A stretch of 64,000 nt of DNA from a virus, in IMG/VR virus record IMGVR_UViG_3300024517_000019, positions 2,370-66,369 of that record, one strand, 5' to 3'. Below the pieces are notes generated by a model that worked only from the letters and a program-made list of their open reading frames with translations, ran no database searches and was not told the origin of the DNA. Below are positions 10,550 to 20,647 of the stretch, one piece after another. Position 1 is the first letter of the stretch, and every line of letters begins with the position of its first letter. A program made the position numbers and the translations under genes.

Positions 10550-13500
10550 CTACGGCCTTGGCGCGTTGAACCAAGTGTTGTAGAGCCTGTCATACTCTCG
10601 CTGAGTAATCCCCAGCCTTTTCTGCAAAGCGACTTCAGCAGCCTCATATCGCCGCCTGTACTCCTCTTGCATCCAGTCCTCTTCCCCAGGACCGTCTGGG
10701 ACTTCCTTGAATGCGTCGTCCCAGGCAGACTCAAAGTCTTCCTTGCTTATGGGTGGAGTGTAGCTTGGGTCGGCTGGGAGAGTACCGTCAGTGCTGCCAG
10801 GATAAGGAGCACCGCCGGTCTTAGCTGCCCACTCAGCTTGATCCATGGAGGTTCTTCCGTTCCGATTGGGGCGAATGCCGGAATTCTGTCCATGTCCTGA
10901 ATCGACCTGGTTCCAATATGGGTCAAGCGGGTCGTTGTTGCCCTGGAGTCCTCCAGCACCTTGGCCAATCCCTTGGCCAGGAGTTGTGTTACCGTTGCCC
11001 CAGTACGGATCGTCACCAGGAAGGTCTCCTTGTGAGCCACCGTTGTTCTGAGTCCAGTACGGGTCAAGCGGACCATTGTCGTTCTCAAGGAACCCAGCAC
11101 CTTCACCAATCCCCTGGCCGGGGGTAACTCCGCCTTGTCCATTGGGCCTGGGCTTGGTTGTCGATCCTGGTCCGACGTTCCACATCCCACCACCTTGGCC
11201 ACCGCCAAAGTTAGGCCACACACTCTGGTCCTGCACTCCGCCTCCGCCAGTGCCACCGCCAATGCCTCCACCGTATCCGCTAGGACCAGCGTTGCCAGTC
11301 TGCTGAGCTAAGGCGAGCATCTGAGCAATGTCAGGCGACTTGCGAGTCAGTCTCTCCATGAACTGAAGCTTCTTGTCAGTGGTACGTTCCTCAAGGTCAC
11401 GAGACTCTCGCCTAAGCAGCTCGTTGAGCCGTCGCAGGTCAGTTGACTCACCTTCACGTAAACCTCTGTCACGGGCCTCTGCGACGGTCGTGTTCGATAG
11501 CCTGTTCCCGATCAGACTCTGCAGTGCGTTACTAGCACGCTGCGAGTATCGATCCGAGATATCTTGCCGAGCTGAATCACCAAGTCCCTGCTGCAACTCT
11601 TGCAGCCTGGTCTTAGCACCGACGTAACCACCTTCGGCAGCCTGCTCGTCGTTCTCACCACCACGTAGGACCTCGTAGCGAGCTTCCTCTTCTGCTCGTA
11701 CGTCGTCGTAGGACTTCTGTATCGCTTCGGGGATCGTTAGCTGACGTTCACCATTCCCACCACCGCTCATGGCGTTAACGATCGCCTGTGCCCAACCGTT
11801 GTCGCCACCAGTTGCACCAGTGACTCCACTGCTTGTACCCTGTCCACCTCCCATGTCGAACCTGTCCGACTGAATGGAACCTCCACCCATGTCAAACCTA
11901 CCACTAGGACCGAGGTTGGGTTGGCCTACCTGACCGCTGATACTGCTCGGTGCTCGGCTGGCACCACCGGGGGCTCGGCTGTTGATAGCCTGCTGAAGTG
12001 CCCTGGTAACCTGTCCGCCTGGGCCGCTCTGTTGGCTCAAGTGAACACCAGAACCAGCACCGCCTCTGGAGATGCCGTTGAGGGCGTCCTGCGAAGCCTG
12101 TAGATGGGGAGCTGACTGAGGAGCTGACTGAGGGGCCGGTGCAAGCGTCTGCTGTGACACCTGCGGTCCACCGACCTGATTGGCCTGACTCATTTGAGCC
12201 AAGGCTGCCAGGGGATTTGATTCCCCTTCAGCCATGGAGTTTAAGTTGCCAGCTGGACTTAAAGCATTTGGCATATTGTTTGAAAGTGAGGAAGCCAGTG
12301 GGCTCTGTGAGCCGTTCGGGCTAACCGTTCTACCGCTATAGCCAATTGTTTTATTGAGCTTGTCTATTTCTCCCTGCAAAGCGTCTCTGCGGGGCCTGCC
12401 AACCTCCCCAGGTCGCCTTGCTTGTTCGTCCTTAAAGCCCTGGATCTTCTTTCCGAGTTCGTCGATATCGTCCTGTGAGAGTCTCCTCGCATCCGTGACC
12501 CTCTTTTCCCTGGCACGTACGTCTTGAGGTCGCCTTCCGTTCTCAAAGATCTGATCGTCACCTTGGCCTGCCCTGGCGGCTAGTTGTTCATGTTGACCGT
12601 AGTCTCGCTGAGAATGTCGCTGGGCTCGTCTCGCTGCCCAGTCTTCAACCGACTCTCCGCCAGTACTAGACGACGAAGTCAGGTTCGACTGTCGCTGTCG
12701 CTCTGCTTCCAGTTCAGGGGATAGGCCAGGCTGTGAGCCTCGGTTGTTCGAAGTCTCCACGCCTAGCTGGCTGAGTTGCGAGCGAATCCCCTCTGAGCTT
12801 TGCCCCAACGGAAGGTTGGCCAACTGATCCTGCAACCGACTGATCGTCAGATTCTTGGCGTAGTCAACTTTTCCTTGCTCTCTTGCACCAGCCTGCCTGT
12901 CCAGTTCGTCATAGACTGACTGAGGAGTATTGCGAGCATTCTCTCGCTGTCCCTGGGCAATCAGCCTGTCTCGCTCCATGTTCTCTCGGAGTCTCGAACC
13001 AGGCGACGTTCCTGTCAGTCCTGGACGTAGGCCACCGGGGTTTGTTCGGGGGTTAGATCCACTGGGAACATTGACTCCACTTCTTCCTTCGTTGAGTCGT
13101 TCAACGTCAGCCAGCCAATCCTGCTGCGACTGTCGAGCTAATGGTTGAACTCGACCACCGGCAGCTTCAAACTCTGCTTGCGTGACTCGCTGTCCGTCAC
13201 CGCCTGTGTTTCGTACGACTGGAGCGGGAGTGAGATCCTGAGGGAGCGTCGCATTTGGGACTCCTGCACGCTGTGGACCCTGTTGGCCAAACACTTGGTC
13301 ACCACCGCCAGAGCGAATCTCCGGGGCTGCGTTGGTCACGGGAGCCGCCCTCATGCTTGAAACAGCACCACCGCCTAATGGCCCTGTGTTGCCAGTCGTT
13401 CCACCAGCTCCCCAGCCACCACCGCCTGAAGCTGGTCCACCATCGTACGCACCGCCTACTCCAATTCCACCGTCAACTGCAACGGAGGGAGCACCTGGCA

Positions 13501-14521
13501 TTCCACCAGCACCACCGGGTCCTGATATTCCACCGCCAGGGCCACCTGCTAAAGGCTGCCCACCGCCGGGGTACGTGTTGACTGGGTTAGACGGGAAAGG
13601 TTGTCCAGGGACGCCGCCTGGGGCAGGGGCACCACCACCTGGCATAGTCGGGATTCCTCCACCTGGCATTGAGGGAACGCCTCCGCCGGGAACACCACCA
13701 CCACCGGGCATGCCTGGCATTCCACCACCGGGCATCGAGGGTAACCCGCCTCCGGGTAAACCGCCGGGCATCCCACCGCCTGGGGGCATCGAGGGCATTG
13801 TTCCACCACCAGGCATTCCACCGCCTGGAAGGCCGCCTGGCATTCCTCCACCACCGGCCATTGGAGGCAACGTGGGAAGTCCACCACCGCTCGGTCCACC
13901 ACCCATGCCTCCGCCCACAGGAGGAAGCGTTGGGCCACCAGGGCCGCCAGCACCACCACCTATCCCGCCTGTGGTTGGGAAGGTTGGACTGGGTGAGAAA
14001 GGTGGGCGAGTGACTCCGCCACCAGATGACGGACCTGATCCAATTGCACCGCCAACGCCACCGCCGACTCCGTACGGCTGGGGGTTTCCTGAGCTACCTG
14101 GCAGTCCCCATGGGTTTGGCTTAGTTGATCCACCTCCACCACCTGTCGCCCAGGGAGTCGTTGGTCCACCAATGCCTTGTCCGCCACCACTAGCTCCACC
14201 GACTGACTGAGGACCTGAGTGACTGCCACCGCTGACACCAATGCCTTGTCCGCCCCCAGTGGCTCCTCCACCGATCTGGGGAATCATCCCCATGCCGCCG
14301 CCCATGGCTCCGCCCGGCTGTCCCATTCCCATGCCACCGGGCATACCGCCCATAGCACCACCCATCATTCCACCACCGGGCATCCCTCCGCCCATGGGCA
14401 TACCGCCACCCATGCCACCGGGCATACCACCTGGACTGGGACGCTTGAGCTTATTTGCGGACATCGGGTATCTGGACATTACGTTCGGCATTTGATTGTT
14501 CCCACAGTTTTTGCAAGCCAT
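10550..14521 (-). CDS. Gly/Pro/Met-rich low-complexity putative ejection (pilot) protein, 1323 aa
   Basis: ATG at 14521 overlaps the upstream TAA (TAATG). About 400 aa of GGMPGG-type repeats, a coiled-coil block, and C-terminal DPYW repeats. Confidence 0.75.
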   Translation of the reverse strand: MACKNCGNNQMPNVMSRYPMSANKLKRPSPGGMPGGMGGGMPMGGGMPGGGMMGGAMGGMPGGMGMGQPGGAMGGGMGMIPQIGGGATGGGQGIGVSGGSHSGPQSVGGASGGGQGIGGPTTPWATGGGGGSTKPNPWGLPGSSGNPQPYGVGGGVGGAIGSGPSSGGGVTRPPFSPSPTFPTTGGIGGGAGGPGGPTLPPVGGGMGGGPSGGGLPTLPPMAGGGGMPGGLPGGGMPGGGTMPSMPPGGGMPGGLPGGGLPSMPGGGMPGMPGGGGVPGGGVPSMPGGGIPTMPGGGAPAPGGVPGQPFPSNPVNTYPGGGQPLAGGPGGGISGPGGAGGMPGAPSVAVDGGIGVGGAYDGGPASGGGGWGAGGTTGNTGPLGGGAVSSMRAAPVTNAAPEIRSGGGDQVFGQQGPQRAGVPNATLPQDLTPAPVVRNTGGDGQRVTQAEFEAAGGRVQPLARQSQQDWLADVERLNEGRSGVNVPSGSNPRTNPGGLRPGLTGTSPGSRLRENMERDRLIAQGQRENARNTPQSVYDELDRQAGAREQGKVDYAKNLTISRLQDQLANLPLGQSSEGIRSQLSQLGVETSNNRGSQPGLSPELEAERQRQSNLTSSSSTGGESVEDWAARRAQRHSQRDYGQHEQLAARAGQGDDQIFENGRRPQDVRAREKRVTDARRLSQDDIDELGKKIQGFKDEQARRPGEVGRPRRDALQGEIDKLNKTIGYSGRTVSPNGSQSPLASSLSNNMPNALSPAGNLNSMAEGESNPLAALAQMSQANQVGGPQVSQQTLAPAPQSAPQSAPHLQASQDALNGISRGGAGSGVHLSQQSGPGGQVTRALQQAINSRAPGGASRAPSSISGQVGQPNLGPSGRFDMGGGSIQSDRFDMGGGQGTSSGVTGATGGDNGWAQAIVNAMSGGGNGERQLTIPEAIQKSYDDVRAEEEARYEVLRGGENDEQAAEGGYVGAKTRLQELQQGLGDSARQDISDRYSQRASNALQSLIGNRLSNTTVAEARDRGLREGESTDLRRLNELLRRESRDLEERTTDKKLQFMERLTRKSPDIAQMLALAQQTGNAGPSGYGGGIGGGTGGGGVQDQSVWPNFGGGQGGGMWNVGPGSTTKPRPNGQGGVTPGQGIGEGAGFLENDNGPLDPYWTQNNGGSQGDLPGDDPYWGNGNTTPGQGIGQGAGGLQGNNDPLDPYWNQVDSGHGQNSGIRPNRNGRTSMDQAEWAAKTGGAPYPGSTDGTLPADPSYTPPISKEDFESAWDDAFKEVPDGPGEEDWMQEEYRRRYEAAEVALQKRLGITQREYDRLYNTWFNAPRP

Positions 14522-14874
14522 TAGGGCACCACGTTTCCCATTCCGTCTATCCAGTTCGTGCCGTTGTGCCACAGCGGCTGATCCAGGGTCGTATCATAGA
14601 TATGCCAGCCAGCTACCGGGGACAACGCTATTCGTTCCGCTCCAGTATGCAAGGGAACATCCACATACACTCCAGCTTTTACAACCCAGTCCTTCTCGAA
14701 GTCTGTCCTGGCAGTACGAGATGCTGTTCGCCTCTGCCTTAAGCAATCCTGACCAGCCCCACCTCCACTCCTGGCATTGGCCATCAGCAGGTAAGGCCAC
14801 TCAAGGATCAGATCAAAGGCAGTCTTGAGTATCACCCAGACGCCTGCGAATCCTGTTCGTGCTATCGTTCTCAT
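14521..14874 (-). CDS. Small virion protein with tail-fibre-like C-terminal motif
   Basis: ATGA overlap with the upstream gene. The IYDTTLDQPLWHNGTNWID motif resembles phage tail/collar segments. Confidence 0.55.
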   Translation of the reverse strand: MRTIARTGFAGVWVILKTAFDLILEWPYLLMANARSGGGAGQDCLRQRRTASRTARTDFEKDWVVKAGVYVDVPLHTGAERIALSPVAGWHIYDTTLDQPLWHNGTNWIDGMGNVVP

Positions 14875-16442
14875 GTTGTGAACACCCTTCTTCCAACGCC
14901 CTGGTAAACCTCTAATCCAGCGACTGAATACTCGTACGACCACTGCTGAGCTACTTCGTTGTTCATCAGTTTGAGGTAGATCGCGTGTCCCCTGACGTTA
15001 GGCCTGATGACCGGGTTGCGACCGGGGTACACCATGGCTCGATACACCGGGTCCTGATTCAGGGCATGCTCTTCACTGTTTCCAGCATACACTTCGAACT
15101 CTACTGGAGAGGACTCGTCGTCAAGCACAAAGGTTATGTCCTTCAGCTGCTGACCTGCACCACCTTGTTGATTGATCGGCCCAAGTATCACGTAACTCTC
15201 AATGGCTTCACCGTCGTCGTCCTTGGCGTCTACGTCGATCTTCCTGATCCTGCCATCTCGACCACCTAGCAGGATGTGACGGTCTGCTTCTGTGTCTCCG
15301 TCAAACAGCAGGGCTGCACCTGGGTCGAAGTTCGTGTTGGTGAACGAGTCAATGAACCAGGCCTCGTTACGAGCATCCCAGTAGTAGTGAGTCGTTGCTG
15401 CTGCTGTCAGTGGAGTCACAAAGAAATGGCAGCCTTGCGTCCTGTCGTCCCAGGCCGCACTGATGATCGTGTTGGCGACACTAACCTCAGCCAACCTCTC
15501 ATCAATAGCTTCTGACGTGATCCGCTCAGGCTGACCTCCGGGGGCCATCCTGTAGATACCGCCACGACTGCCGTAGAAATAGATCCTGCCGATCGGATCT
15601 CTGCACCAAGGGGCACCAAAGGCCATGCCCACAACGTCTGTGATTTGATCAATCCGACCACCAGCCATCGGGTCGTCTCGGAACATCTCGATGCTATGAT
15701 CACCACCCATGATCAGGATGTCATCGCTGTACGGGATCAGGCAGTTGACCACGTCACCGAACTTGCCTGCTTCGGCACTGGTCCCTGCTACCGCCTGTGT
15801 CTCAACCACCGTGGCTGGTGAGTAGTCGTAGTCCAGGGGGTTGCCTACTGCACTCATGAACCAGTTGGAGGCGTCTGTGGGAATACCACCCAAGACCACA
15901 CGCCCACGCCAGGTGCAAGCCAGGCGAGCTTCATGACCACCGTCTGTTGGCAACGTCCCTGGTGATGCCGCCCAGGTAGCCAGGGTGTCAGTCGTCATCG
16001 TGTACTTGTTGTAGTTCGAACCATCCACGAAGTAGATCACACCGAACACCTGAGTCGCTGCGATGTACGGGGCTGCTGAGTCAATCGTGATGCTGCCTGT
16101 TGGCGTTGCCCAGGCTGACGGGGTGAATGTCTGGAACGTACCACCTGCAATGCCGATTCTCTTGTGTTCACGCACTGGCAGCGTCGTAGCGGTGTAGGCA
16201 GCGTCCTGACCTTGGATTGCTGAGAAGATGCACTGGAACAGCTTCGAGCCAGATGTGTGCTGAGCTGTCAGGTACTTGGTTAACCCGGCTCGCTGAGAGC
16301 CTCGTGAACGCCCTGAGAGTGGATCGAAGGACCGTACGTTCTTTAGATCCACGGAGGTGTCTGGTCGCTGTCCGTGGTAAGCGAAGCCTTCGTTTATCCC
16401 CTTGTACGGGAATCGTAGTTCAGCGTTGGAGCGACTTGGCAT
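14871..16442 (-). CDS. Tail tubular/nozzle protein (P22 gp10 / T7 gp12-like beta-propeller)
   Basis: 523 aa, beta-rich. N-terminal LRFPYKGIN..DLKNVR and WRGRVVLGG..WFMSAVGNPLDY motifs. Position after the adaptor gene fits. Confidence 0.7.
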   Translation of the reverse strand: MPSRSNAELRFPYKGINEGFAYHGQRPDTSVDLKNVRSFDPLSGRSRGSQRAGLTKYLTAQHTSGSKLFQCIFSAIQGQDAAYTATTLPVREHKRIGIAGGTFQTFTPSAWATPTGSITIDSAAPYIAATQVFGVIYFVDGSNYNKYTMTTDTLATWAASPGTLPTDGGHEARLACTWRGRVVLGGIPTDASNWFMSAVGNPLDYDYSPATVVETQAVAGTSAEAGKFGDVVNCLIPYSDDILIMGGDHSIEMFRDDPMAGGRIDQITDVVGMAFGAPWCRDPIGRIYFYGSRGGIYRMAPGGQPERITSEAIDERLAEVSVANTIISAAWDDRTQGCHFFVTPLTAAATTHYYWDARNEAWFIDSFTNTNFDPGAALLFDGDTEADRHILLGGRDGRIRKIDVDAKDDDGEAIESYVILGPINQQGGAGQQLKDITFVLDDESSPVEFEVYAGNSEEHALNQDPVYRAMVYPGRNPVIRPNVRGHAIYLKLMNNEVAQQWSYEYSVAGLEVYQGVGRRVFTT

Positions 16443-16457
16443 TTCATTGACTCGGCT

Positions 16458-16904
16458 CTATGCGATACCAGCGAAGATCAAGACCTGTCCGGCAGTACCG
16501 CTAATGTTCCTCGCCCTGATCGTGTTGATCGTATCAATCGTTCCACCACCGAAGTTCACTGTGTAGTTGGCGTACGAGATGTTGCTGGGGATCACGATCG
16601 GTGGCCCGAATACGCCAGCGACACTCGTTCCTGGTGAGTAGATCGTGTAAGCCACCTCGCCAAACGTGGCGTCGTCATCTGTCACCAGCTCAATGTGCAT
16701 TGGGTAGTCAGACTTGATCGCTACAAGCTTGAAGGCACCCTGCAGCGTGCTGTCGTAGATCTTCTGAGTTGTGCTGGTAGCTACGTCAAACGTAGTGATG
16801 TACGGGTTATCTACAGCCGTGATGGTGTAGCTATCAGGATCGAATGAGTACCTCTGCCCGTTGGCTGAGATAAACGCACCGAAGTCGTAATAGAGGTTTC
16901 CCAT
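16458..16904 (-). CDS. Hypothetical virion protein
   Basis: 148-aa beta-rich ORF, translationally coupled within the structural operon. Confidence 0.6.
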   Translation of the reverse strand: MGNLYYDFGAFISANGQRYSFDPDSYTITAVDNPYITTFDVATSTTQKIYDSTLQGAFKLVAIKSDYPMHIELVTDDDATFGEVAYTIYSPGTSVAGVFGPPIVIPSNISYANYTVNFGGGTIDTINTIRARNISGTAGQVLIFAGIA

Positions 16905-17242
16905 TACCTGTATCCAATCTGTAGGCTACCAACAATAGCACCACCGCCAGATGCGAGGGTGACTGTAATGTCTGAGCCCTTAGTAGCGTCCGTCAGTGGC
17001 TGGTTCCCAAACGACACGAACCCAGGCCCGGCTGCTGTAATGTCTACATCTACCAGCACGGTTCCTCCAAGGTCGATCTTCAGGTTTCCGCCTGTGGGGG
17101 CAGCACTGTAGCTATACCAAACCCAGTCAATCACAGCGTACTCATCGTCAGGGACCGTGACAGACGCTATGGCTGCCGTAGCCGCTGCGGGCAGGTGCTG
17201 TTTGTTCTTGGTAAGCGAATGCGTATTCGGTAGCGTGAACAT
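16904..17242 (-). CDS. Hypothetical virion protein
   Basis: 112-aa beta-rich ORF, coupled to its neighbours. Confidence 0.6.
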   Translation of the reverse strand: MFTLPNTHSLTKNKQHLPAAATAAIASVTVPDDEYAVIDWVWYSYSAAPTGGNLKIDLGGTVLVDVDITAAGPGFVSFGNQPLTDATKGSDITVTLASGGGAIVGSLQIGYR

Positions 17243-17244
17243 GA

Positions 17245-18024
17245 TTAGGGTCCGTTGTATTCCGTGCCATCGTAAGTGACGATGTGATTGTCGAGCACGT
17301 AGCGACTGCCCCTGAGGCCGTCACCACGGTTACTGTTGTAGCCAACCTTGATTCCACGTACCTTCTGAGCGTCGATCGCTACTGCTGCCTCAAGCTTCTC
17401 TGCGAAGTCCTGGGTCATTGACCCCTTCTCACCGTTGATCTTCAGCTCTGCTGCTGACAGGCAACTGGACAGGATCAACTCACCCATCTCAGGGCCGCCG
17501 TACGGGAAGGGCCTCTCTTCACTGAGCATTCTGGGGATGACTCGCATCGGCCCCTTTAGCTTGTACGTCTGATCTGGCTTGGGCCATACCAACAGGTAGT
17601 GAAGCTGACTGCCACCGCCATCGTGCTTCCTGGGGGCGACTCCGAACTTCTGGGGGTAGCCAGTCGTTGTGGTCTGATTGTTCTCTCGCAGGTACATGAT
17701 CTGCTGAGGGTTCACCTGATCCAACTGGAACCAGCTATTGTCATCCTTGCTGTAGCTGAGCTTGTCCTCGAAGCTGCCGAAGTCGTCTGGCAGGTCGTAG
17801 TCGTCCTGGTCTGCCGTAACCACGATCTCACGGTACGGTTTCAGGAAGCTCCACTTGTGCTGGTTACTGGGCCAGTATGCCTGACTGCAACCACTTCTGA
17901 TGCAGTCGTCTACATCAGTCTTCTCGTCAGGGGTGAATCTTGAGGGCTCACGTCGGTAGCCGATCGAACGACCGATCTCCCGGCGTAGGCTGGTGTAGTC
18001 AATTGCTAACGTGTGGTCAGACAT
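17245..18024 (-). CDS. Head-tail adaptor / tail tubular protein A-like
   Basis: HKWSFLK, DDYDLPDDF, GYPQKF and LLVWPKPDQTY motifs are typical of podophage adaptors. Confidence 0.7.
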   Translation of the reverse strand: MSDHTLAIDYTSLRREIGRSIGYRREPSRFTPDEKTDVDDCIRSGCSQAYWPSNQHKWSFLKPYREIVVTADQDDYDLPDDFGSFEDKLSYSKDDNSWFQLDQVNPQQIMYLRENNQTTTTGYPQKFGVAPRKHDGGGSQLHYLLVWPKPDQTYKLKGPMRVIPRMLSEERPFPYGGPEMGELILSSCLSAAELKINGEKGSMTQDFAEKLEAAVAIDAQKVRGIKVGYNSNRGDGLRGSRYVLDNHIVTYDGTEYNGP

Positions 18025-18031
18025 TGCTCAC

Positions 18032-18490
18032 CTAGTAAGGGATCTCTTCGTACAGGCTGACCTTGTTCAGGGCGATGGTTCGTTCATCCACATGGCCCTC
18101 GATCAATACAACAACCGACTTGCCTGTGTGGCGAATGATCTTGGCTGCGTGAAGCTTGTCTCGGTACATCACTTCAACCATGTCATCAGGACCGAGCTTC
18201 TTGATCGCTGCGATCATCTCCTCTTCTTCCTCTTCCTTCGTGTACTCAGCTTCTACCTCAGCGATCGTACGGTCTGTCTTGTAGGTGAAGACCAGCATGA
18301 AGATCTTGTCCAGCTCCAGCGGGCTGGTGACCCCTACGCCCATCTTGGTGACGATCCGCCTCATCGCCCAGTACATGTCCACCAGGGCGTCAGGCAGACG
18401 CTTGGTGTCATCGTAAGCACCCTGACCCAGAGCGACCTTGATGTTCATCACATCTTCGTCGGGCATGCTGTCTTGGTCTCGCTTAGCCAT
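18032..18490 (-). CDS. Hypothetical protein (SH3/Tudor-like C-terminus)
   Basis: 152-aa ORF with an AAGGA RBS. Confidence 0.6.
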   Translation of the reverse strand: MAKRDQDSMPDEDVMNIKVALGQGAYDDTKRLPDALVDMYWAMRRIVTKMGVGVTSPLELDKIFMLVFTYKTDRTIAEVEAEYTKEEEEEEMIAAIKKLGPDDMVEVMYRDKLHAAKIIRHTGKSVVVLIEGHVDERTIALNKVSLYEEIPY

Positions 18491-18582
18491 GTTGTTTCCT
18501 TAGCCTTCTCGTTGATCAAAGGAAGAACCGGACGCCGGGTGACAATCGAGAAGGCTGTCACCACGACGCCGATCCTTGTTCG

Positions 18583-19416
18583 CTACATCTCTTGGGCGAT
18601 AGCCACCCAGTCGAGGTCAACCGTCACGGCTGTGCCGGTTCCGCCGATACCCATGACAAAGCCCATTTCCTGTTCGTCAGGGAACGTGGCAGCTGCCATG
18701 TTGGTGGCGGTAATACGAGCGTCCGATTGCTCGGCACCGTCCACGTAGAACTTGATGCGTTCAGCAACCGGGTCGGTGGGTCGATAGATCCAACCCAGCT
18801 TGTACCAAGTGGCAGCAACCAGGGTGAACACGTCTGAGGTGTTATCGAGAGTTTGACCACTGGTCTTGTACTCGACATCCAAGGCGTTGCCATCGTCTTC
18901 ATGGACTGCGAAGCCAATGAAGTCCTTGTCGATGACTGCACCGCCAGCGTCAACGAAGAAGCTGTCAGCAATTGAACCTTCTTCCATCATTCCGACGAAG
19001 AGGTTGTAGTTGTCAGCTACAAGCGTGACACGGACCCTGGCTTCCATCATGCAGACCTTGTCCGTGCCTGCGGTTGTGACACCACGGGACGGCTGGATCT
19101 GTACGCTGGTCGTAGAGCCAAGCTGAATGGACGCACTGTCGTTGTCCGTCGTGTCCAAGGTCAGCCTCAGCACACCATCAACCTCTGTCGCCAGGGGCAA
19201 GATGGTTGCACCAGTGTCTTCATAGCTACGCCAGCTGCCAGACTCACCGTAGTAAGTTCCGACGTTACTGGAGACCGAGCCGTCCCAGGTAGCGAAGTCT
19301 TCTTGGTACAGCTTGAACTCTTGAGGCTTGTAGTGCCTCCAGATCTCAGCAGACGGGTCTTTCTTGGTCGATCCGCCAGCGAGCCGTACTCGTTCTTGAA
19401 ATGGGTTTCCCAACAT
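18583..19416 (-). CDS. Putative capsid decoration/minor virion protein (lectin-like beta-sandwich)
   Basis: 277 aa, directly downstream of the capsid gene. Contains TWYKLGW..IKFYVDG..DLDWVAIAQE. Confidence 0.6.
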   Translation of the reverse strand: MLGNPFQERVRLAGGSTKKDPSAEIWRHYKPQEFKLYQEDFATWDGSVSSNVGTYYGESGSWRSYEDTGATILPLATEVDGVLRLTLDTTDNDSASIQLGSTTSVQIQPSRGVTTAGTDKVCMMEARVRVTLVADNYNLFVGMMEEGSIADSFFVDAGGAVIDKDFIGFAVHEDDGNALDVEYKTSGQTLDNTSDVFTLVAATWYKLGWIYRPTDPVAERIKFYVDGAEQSDARITATNMAAATFPDEQEMGFVMGIGGTGTAVTVDLDWVAIAQEM

Positions 19417-19529
19417 AATGCTTCCTTGTTCTTCCGAGGTAAGGGATGATTTTCCTGAGCCCCCCCAGGTCTATTTAGCCATTACTCTGAGGGACTCTAA
19501 AGCCCTGAGAGCTGACAGGGGATATTCCC

Positions 19530-19566
19530 AAAAAGCTGACCTGCAGGATCTCTCCTACAGGTCAGC
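19530..19566 (-). terminator. Rho-independent terminator after the major capsid gene
   Basis: GCTGACCTG...CAGGTCAGC stem, with a T5 tail on the minus strand just past the capsid stop. Confidence 0.65.
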
Positions 19567-19576
19567 CTGTGGAAGG

Positions 19577-20614
19577 CTACACCTTGTAAATCACTGCATT
19601 AGCCCGACGGTTAATGCAAATGAAGTTGTACGTCAGGTACACGAAGCACTCGAACAGGTTCGGTTGCTGCGGTGCCCGCATGGGCTCCATTTCTCGCAGG
19701 TTGTCACCACGCAGGATTGCGGGATAGAACGTGCGATGGTTGAGCATGTAAATCGGATTGTCAGTGTCAGTGTCAAGGTAAGGCACCCATACGCAGGGGT
19801 GACCCTTGAACACCATCTGACCGTCCATGCTTGCCAGGTCTTTGCCGAGGTTATCGTTCTGCGATTCGCCGAGGTCTTCCATCTCTTGGATGGAGGTCTC
19901 GTTCATGTACAGGCGATAACTCTCACCCTTGTTGCCACGATACTCAGGGATCGTGACCGGGCTCTTAAACCTGATCTTCCGGTGGGCGGTTCGGAGATCA
20001 CGGATACCGTCGTCCTTGCTCAAGGCTCCACCGTACGTGGAGGAGTAGTTCTTGAAGTTAGGACTGGTTGTCAGGCTGACGCCACCAACGGTCGTGTGAC
20101 CAGTGGGGGCTCCACCCGTGAAACCGGTGGTCGGATTCTTGACGATCCAGTAGGGAACGCCGTAGGGATCGACCGTGTCGGTACTCGAAGGAGAGTTCCA
20201 GGAACGCTCTTCGATCTCGTCTACCAGGTCGATCATCGCATCAGCTCGGCGAGCTTCAATCGTGTTAACGATTGCACTGCCTCGACGGTTCTGAAGGATG
20301 TCCGATCGGTACTCGAATGCCCAGGACGTTTCTGCGTAAACCCAGTCAACTCGAACCTGCTTGAGAATCTCAGGCACATTCGCTTTGGCTGTGTCGTACA
20401 GACCTACGTGCTTGGCTGCACCGGAAAGCTTGTTGAGAAGATTCCTCTGGATGCCCTTGCCATCCTGAATCATCACCTTCTCTTTTTTGAACCACTTCGG
20501 AACAACTTCATAGTCCTGTAAGGGCTGAGCGATGTTCTCGAAGTTCAACGGACCCAGGTCGTCCAGCGTTGCTGTGACCAGATCCGCAATATCGGGTGAG
20601 CGTAGTTGAGCCAT
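19577..20614 (-). CDS. Major capsid protein (HK97 fold)
   Basis: 345 aa with AGGAG RBS. Has an ADLVTATL N-terminus and FKGHPCVW..IYMLN..NFICINRRANAV. Follows the scaffold gene. Confidence 0.8.
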   Translation of the reverse strand: MAQLRSPDIADLVTATLDDLGPLNFENIAQPLQDYEVVPKWFKKEKVMIQDGKGIQRNLLNKLSGAAKHVGLYDTAKANVPEILKQVRVDWVYAETSWAFEYRSDILQNRRGSAIVNTIEARRADAMIDLVDEIEERSWNSPSSTDTVDPYGVPYWIVKNPTTGFTGGAPTGHTTVGGVSLTTSPNFKNYSSTYGGALSKDDGIRDLRTAHRKIRFKSPVTIPEYRGNKGESYRLYMNETSIQEMEDLGESQNDNLGKDLASMDGQMVFKGHPCVWVPYLDTDTDNPIYMLNHRTFYPAILRGDNLREMEPMRAPQQPNLFECFVYLTYNFICINRRANAVIYKV

Positions 20615-20647
20615 TGTCAACTCCTATATGTGACACGTGGCCGCTGT

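Noticed and set aside
13332-14495. Pro-rich collagen-like plus-strand ORFs
   Set aside because: They are antisense shadows of the Gly-rich minus-strand gene.
19418-20521. 367-aa plus-strand ORF
   Set aside because: It is antisense to the major capsid gene and has no motifs or RBS.
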